Origin: the human T2T-CHM13v2.0 reference genome, Homo sapiens
NCBI RefSeq assembly: GCF_009914755.1
Contig: NC_060930.1
Length of the DNA stretch: 64,000 nucleotides
Direction: 5' to 3' (one strand)
Shown: positions 57,637 to 64,000 of the stretch, piece after piece
Layout of the letters: every line of letters starts with the position of its first letter
Numbering within the stretch: the stretch's first letter is position 1
Position numbers and translations under genes: made by a program
Notes under the pieces: generated by a model
Told to the model about the DNA's origin: nothing
The model's database searches: none
The model's input: only the letters and a program-made list of their open reading frames with translations

Positions 57637-58878
57637 AAAAAACAGAAATATAGACCAATAGAACAGAATAGAGAACTCAGAAATAAGACCACATACCTAA
57701 AACTATCTGTTCTCTGACAAACCTGACAAAAAGAAGCAAAGGGGAAAGCTCAACATCACTGATCATTAGAGAAATGCAAATCAAAACCACAATGAAATAC
57801 CATCTCACACCACTCAGAATGACTATTTTAAAGAAGTCGAAAAATAACAGTTGCTGATGAGGTTGGGAAGAAAAGGGAATAGTTTATAATATGGTTTGGC
57901 TGTGTCCCTACACAAATCTCAACTTGAATTGTATCTTCCAGAATTCCCACGTGTTGTGGGAGGGACCTAGGGGGAGGTAACTGAATCATGGGGGCCAGTC
58001 TTTTCTGTGCTATTCTCGTGATAGTGAATAAGTCTCATGAGATCAGATGGGTTTATCAGGGGTCTCTGCTTTTGCTTCTTTCTCATTTTCTCTTGCTGCT
58101 GCCGTGTAAGAGGTGACTTTCACCTCCTGCCATGATTCTGAGGCCTCCTCAGCCATGTGGAACTGTAAGATCAATTAAACCTCTTTTTCATCTCAGCCTC
58201 AGGTATGTCTTTATCAGCAGTGTGAAAACAGACTAACACAGTTTATACACTGCTGGTGGGAATGTTGATTAATTCAATCACTGTGGAAAGCAGTTTGGAT
58301 ATTCTTCAAAGAATTTCAAACAGAACTACCATTCAATCCAGCAATTCCATTACTGAGTATATACCCAAAGGAGTATTAATTGTTCTCCCATAAAAGCACA
58401 TGCAGACATATATTTATCACAGCACTATTCACAAGACATGAAATCAAGCTAAATTCCCATCAATGATAGATTGACAAAGAAAATGTGGTACATATACACC
58501 ATGAAATACTATGCAGCCATAAAAAAGAATTAGTTCATGTCCTTTGCAGGGACATGGTTGAAGCTGGAGGCCATTATCCTCAGCAAACGAATGCAGGAAC
58601 AGAAAATCAAATACACGTTCTCACTTATAAGTAGGAGCTAAAGGATCAGAACTCATGGACACATAGAGGGGAACAACAGACACTGGGGCCTATCGGAGGG
58701 TGGAGGGTGGGATTAGGAAGACGAAAAGGAAAAATAACTAATGGGTTATCACTCAGGCTTAATACCTGGGTAATAATTGGAACAACAAACCCCCATAACA
58801 GAAGTTTACCTATAAAACAAACCTGCACATGTAATCCTGAACTTAAAATAAAAGTTAAAAAAAATAAAATACAATAAA
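57637..58878 (+). mobile_element. 5'-truncated L1PA13-15-type element with an internal deletion and a nested THE1A
   Basis: aaaaacagaaatatagaccaatagaacagaatagag…; jump ggggaaag|ctcaacatcactg at ~57749; 3' end …aaacctgcacatgtaatcctgaacttaaaataaaagttaaaaaaa. Confidence 0.92.
57887..58240 (+). mobile_element. THE1A solo LTR
   Basis: taatatggtttggctgtgtccc…gggtttatcaggggtctctgcttttgcttc…gtgaaaacagactaacaca. Perfect 5-bp TSD gttta 57882-57886 / 58241-58245. Confidence 0.95.
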
Positions 58879-59179
58879 GAGATGTCTGTCCTGCCTATTG
58901 AAAACAAACAAACAAAAAAAAAGCGTAATCCTCAGGACATATTTCAATAAGGACTAAATATAGGGAAGATGTTGGTTACAGAGCATGAATTCCAGCGGGC
59001 ATAGTGAGAAGATCTGGGAGGACTTGGGTTTGAGCCAGTGTTTTCTACTTCACATGAATACCATATTTTTCTGGTTCTATCATTTTGAAGTTTGACTTTC
59101 ACATCAAATGTTTAAATTTTTATGGCATTAATTCTTCTTTTTATTCATTGGAAGTATCTTTGAATTCTGCTATTGTATG

Positions 59180-59611
59180 TGTTACAGTACAATAAAATGG
59201 AGACCAGACCTGAAGAATCTGAGCAGACAAAGCTACTTAGGCTTCATAAGTGACCCCAAGCTTGCTTGATTTGCAAACATAAATGAAACTTAACTTGAGC
59301 TATTTCTTGTAAATGCCTATATTAATGAAAAACAGAACTTAAGCTCAACCAATGAGAAGTAGCCAACAAATTTATGTTATATAATTAGGGACTTTAAAAT
59401 GAGATACACAAAATAAGACACTGTATAAGAGCAACCAATCAAATATTTTTTATTTTGTTTCTGTACTTATCCCATAAATACCTGTCCCTACTTGTCATCA
59501 GAACTGATTTGTCACCAAAACCCTTTCAGTCTGATGTTCCACAATTAATGAATTACTTCTTACTCAAGTAAGCTCTTTAAAATGTTATTGTGCCTTAGAA
59601 TTTTTTAAACA
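59180..59611 (+). mobile_element. MER4-group ERV1 solo LTR (MER57-like), within decayed antisense L1/HAL1
   Basis: TG…CA termini (tgttacag…ttaaaca); two CCAAT boxes (caaccaatgag, caaccaatcaaa) and TATA-like cataaata. Confidence 0.75.
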
Positions 59612-61250
59612 TTTATTTTTATTCTTTGATACAATCTCTTTTCATTTGATTCTGCTTTTCCCTCATTTGACATTTTTACCTCTTAAAAGTATCTGGTTAT
59701 ATCCACAGGATGTGTCTTCTGGAATCATATAAAGATTTTCAAATATTTTAATCATCTTGTGCTTATTTCAGAAGGTTATTTTCAGATATTTGCTTATTTT
59801 CTGAATGATGTTTATTTTTCACCTGAATTCTGTAATTTTATTTCATAAGTGTGAAAAGATCAGTCAGGGTTTTGGTCATGCTCAGTTTTCTTTTCCAATA
59901 TGTCAGAAAACATAAAAGGCCAAGGGTAGGAGCATGGGTAGGTCCTGTGCCAAGGGTGACCCTATCCAGATGTCAGAGACACATGACCTGGCAAGGTGCT
60001 AAGACCTCAGCACAATATGAAGGGATACTAATTAGTCAAGCTATGCATACTTTCTTCTCTCAAATTTAGATCAGAAAATGAAGATCAAGATGTCTGTTGG
60101 GACAGGGTTCGCTAGCTACTAGTGAGAGGGGAGATGGGTAATTAAGAGAGATACTATGCACTCCACTAAAGAAAGTTTGTTGTTCTCAGGTCTGCCTCAT
60201 TTATCAAAGCCTTGCCCATTTCATTTTATTTATTCATGCAAAAAATCTTTATTTTTAAGGAGTTTAATTTGTATAGTTTCTCAGATTTGCAGAATAAGGG
60301 TGTGGGACATATGTTGTTTCTAATAATTGTATTCTCTGTTGGGAATACTAATTCCACAAAATGTCCAGGGAAGAAGGTGTTGCACTTTATGGTAAACATT
60401 TTTTGGTAAATACTGCAAACTATGCAGCTTGCTGTCCCCATAGTCCTGATTACAATTCATATTAGCATAATAAAAATATGATAAATCTTATTAGGAAAAT
60501 TGCTTTTTAAAAATAACTTATTTTTTCAGTCACTTGAACACAAGATCCTATATCTTATTCATTTGCGTGCATTATGTAATATCTATGGTAGTTATTTAGA
60601 ACTTGAGTACTTGGAAAAATATAGACTCAGCCCATTCCCTGTATCCAAAAGGCTCTTTTCTCTTTCATCTATGTTAAAATGGGCCTTCATTTATGCTCAT
60701 TTTCTGGAGCCATGAAACATCGAAGTAAAGGAAAGAAGTACATGAATAACTTCAATTCTCAGAATGCCCATGCATTTGAGAACTTTTCCTCTTTCTGCCA
60801 AATCTACTTTGCACTGTAAGAAACATTATTCCCATTAAGCAATGTGCCAATTCCAATCTACTCTGCACAAAGTTCGACAAACTTGTTTTATTGTTGTTTT
60901 GTTTTGTTTTTTTCAAGCATTTCTGCCTCTCAATGGCATCGGAAAAGAAGACTGATTAGAGGGAAGAGGAGGAATCTACTAGCTGCCTTAAACAAGTGGC
61001 CACAAAGTAAAATAATAGAGGTCTTTTATTCTGGTTTATCCAAACCTGAGTCCAAAAGAATGAGAACTTACAGGATTTTTCAATATATTTGAAGGCAATA
61101 ATAGATTTACTGGCATTATATCACAGTTTCTATTGATTGGGCTTTCTAATTCATTTCTCTTTTTTTTTTTCTTAATTTAGTGGAAATTTTGCCATGATTC
61201 TGTGAGTGAATGGATAATCAGTCCCACTTTATATAGAGGTCTGTTTTCAA

Positions 61251-61254
<4 letters not shown>

Positions 61255-61292
<38 letters not shown>
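61255..61292. repeat. (TG)19 microsatellite
   Basis: Directly visible. Confidence 0.98.
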
Positions 61293-61295
<3 letters not shown>

Positions 61296-63123
61296 GTATA
61301 ACTTCCTAAGTATTTCAGAGGAACATAAGCTGCCTGCCAAACAAATATCAAACAGCAATTCTCATCCTAAACCTGCTTTTCAGGAATCAACATTTTTAAC
61401 TAAAAAACTGAGACTCTCAATATGCAATTTTGCATATGAGAGAATGGGTGGAAATTTGTAAATATGGGATAGAGTGGCCTCAAAAGACCTGAAAACATAC
61501 CACATGGGTGGGTACACACACATAAATCTCTCCCAGAAACATACACATAAAATTATGTGGTTATATGTATATGAAGATGGGCATGTTTATATAAACTACT
61601 TTATTTTTAAAATGTTTTCCTACATCCAGAACAAATCAACAAAACAATATTAAAATTATATCATCAAGAAATTGAAACCAAACTATTAGCAGACACTAGG
61701 TAATGAGAAAAGTGGAATAATTTTTAAAAGTAGAGATAAAGTTTGATAAATACCACACAGGTCTGTTAAAAAATGATAATCAAAAAGCAATTTCTGTCTT
61801 CACTTTGATCAACATATTTACCTATTCTGCAGTTTACAAACTGAACTTATAATTTTGACTGGAATGTGAAACTGATCAATTTCTTTGGCAGCATCCACAA
61901 ACAAGTTGAGTTATTCCTCAAGAAATCACAGGAAAGAAGATTTTGGGAAAGAGCAAAGGGGAGTAACCGGTAACTTATATGCCAGAGGAAGTATACAATG
62001 GGTTCTTTTAGTGCTGGATATTGAAGAGAGAATGCTCTTGAAGTTCCCATAAAACATTATGTAAATTAAGCTAAAATGGCAATGACTTATAAAAACAAAG
62101 AAAAATGCCTCTTCTCTCTAATTGCCTTTTGGAATCATTAAACATTCTGCAATTTGTTTTTAAGAATTACCTTTTTCCACTAGATTTTTGAAGAATTAAT
62201 GAGAAAAAACTGTGAAATTCTTTTGGCGACTATTAAAAATAATAGGGACTGTGTTTTGGTGTACTCCTGACTTCCTCTGAGTTCCCTAGGTATTGAAATG
62301 GAGAGCTGGATAAAGTGGACCGAAATAAGTATAAGCTTTGTTTTCAGGCACTCCAGAGAAGTTTTAAAAAAAATATTTATACTTAATTCATGTAACATGA
62401 GAATGTAACATTCACTCCCCGTCTATCTCCATCTCACCTGTCTGTGGCCTTAAGTGAAAGAAAAACACTTTCCCTTCCTTTTGTTCAAAGCAGAAATTGA
62501 CATCACCATACCTTGTTTATGCCAGTTAAATGATGCATTTGTAAAAATAATTAGAAGATTTTTCTGAGGAATATGTAGGAGAAAAAGCAAGATAATCAGA
62601 AATACTGTTGTTGCTTTTAGTACACTTTCTTTAATAAAACGTTGTTTACTATTCATATTATCAGCAGTTATTTGCTTAGAAAAATTTTCTGAATCCTACA
62701 TAAAAATAATGAGATGAACATAGATGTGAAGGATATAGAATAATCCATATTATAACCTACCTATCCTCAACTTTCACTTGATATCTCGATATTTGGTAGG
62801 CAAAATATTTATAATGTTCAAAATATGTTAGACCATGGAACATTACAGGGTTTGGCGATAATGCTATGGGAATTTGACAGTTGTTTCCGTTACTTTTATG
62901 AGCAAGGTAGCAGAACACATTTACCATCAAGATACAAATGGAGTACAATGAATACTGGAGGCTCTCTTACAACTTATCATTTCCACCCAGCTTATATTCT
63001 CTCCCAATAACACCACCATTTTAGTCACTCAAAGCTTCTGCAAAAATGACTATCAAACTAAAAAGAGTAATAAGTAATATTTATTATGCATCATGAAATA
63101 TTCCACTTACTTTATGCAAATAA

Positions 63124-63585
<462 letters not shown>

Positions 63586-63606
63586 TAGAACCTATAACTT
63601 CTAACC

Positions 63607-64000
63607 TGTAAACCAAAAATAAAATTCTAAGTTTCCTGCAACCCTTCAAATGAACCCCTCCTTTTGGCCAAGGCATTCCGAAGCTAACCTGAAAAACTGG
63701 TTCAGGCCATGAAAGGAGGGTCAGAAATGATTCATTATACCCTCTTCCCTTTTGGAATTCAGAAAAAGCTGACCAACATTAACATTAACACAGACTTTAA
63801 GTCTGAAGAGAAACATTTACAATCTATTCTCTCTGAAGCCTGCTACTTGGAGGCTTCATGTGCATGATAAAACTTTGGTCTCCATATCCCTTTACCATCC
63901 CAGACATTCCTTTCTATTGATTCCAGGTCTTTAGATAACAGCTTAGCTCAACCAGTTGCCAATCAGAAAGTGTTTAAGTCTACCTATAACCTGGAAGCCG
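63607..64000 (+). mobile_element. MER4 (B/D-like) ERV1 LTR, running off the right edge
   Basis: tgtaaaccaaaaataaaattctaag…ctaacctgaaaaactggttcaggccatga…acatttacaatctattctctctgaagcctgctac. Confidence 0.9.

Overview
This is primate, most likely human, nuclear DNA: AT-rich, CpG-depleted and dominated by interspersed repeats. These include L1 of many ages, L2, MIR, four AluS elements, MaLR/ERVL/ERV1 solo LTRs, MER5A/MER58A DNA-transposon fossils and microsatellites. I cannot support any cellular protein-coding gene, RNA gene, CpG island or CRISPR array. The long ORFs in the track are broken L1 ORF1/ORF2 remnants or Alu and microsatellite artefacts. I cannot name the locus; it looks intergenic or like a deep intron or lncRNA region. 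The most informative structure is an L1PA5-like insertion at 45595-50611. Between one pair of 17-bp target-site duplications it shows a twin-priming 5' inversion, a prematurely ended 3' UTR and a 48-bp 3' transduction with its own AGTAAA signal and second A-tail. Other points of interest are a near-full-length L1MA1 with nested Alu and LTR insertions, a second candidate short transduction, an ancient L1 5' UTR monomer array, a candidate non-coding exon and motif-level changes in LTRs. I found no evidence for a wholly new biological system. Subfamily names come from recalled diagnostic motifs, not a database search, and boundaries of old repeats are approximate.
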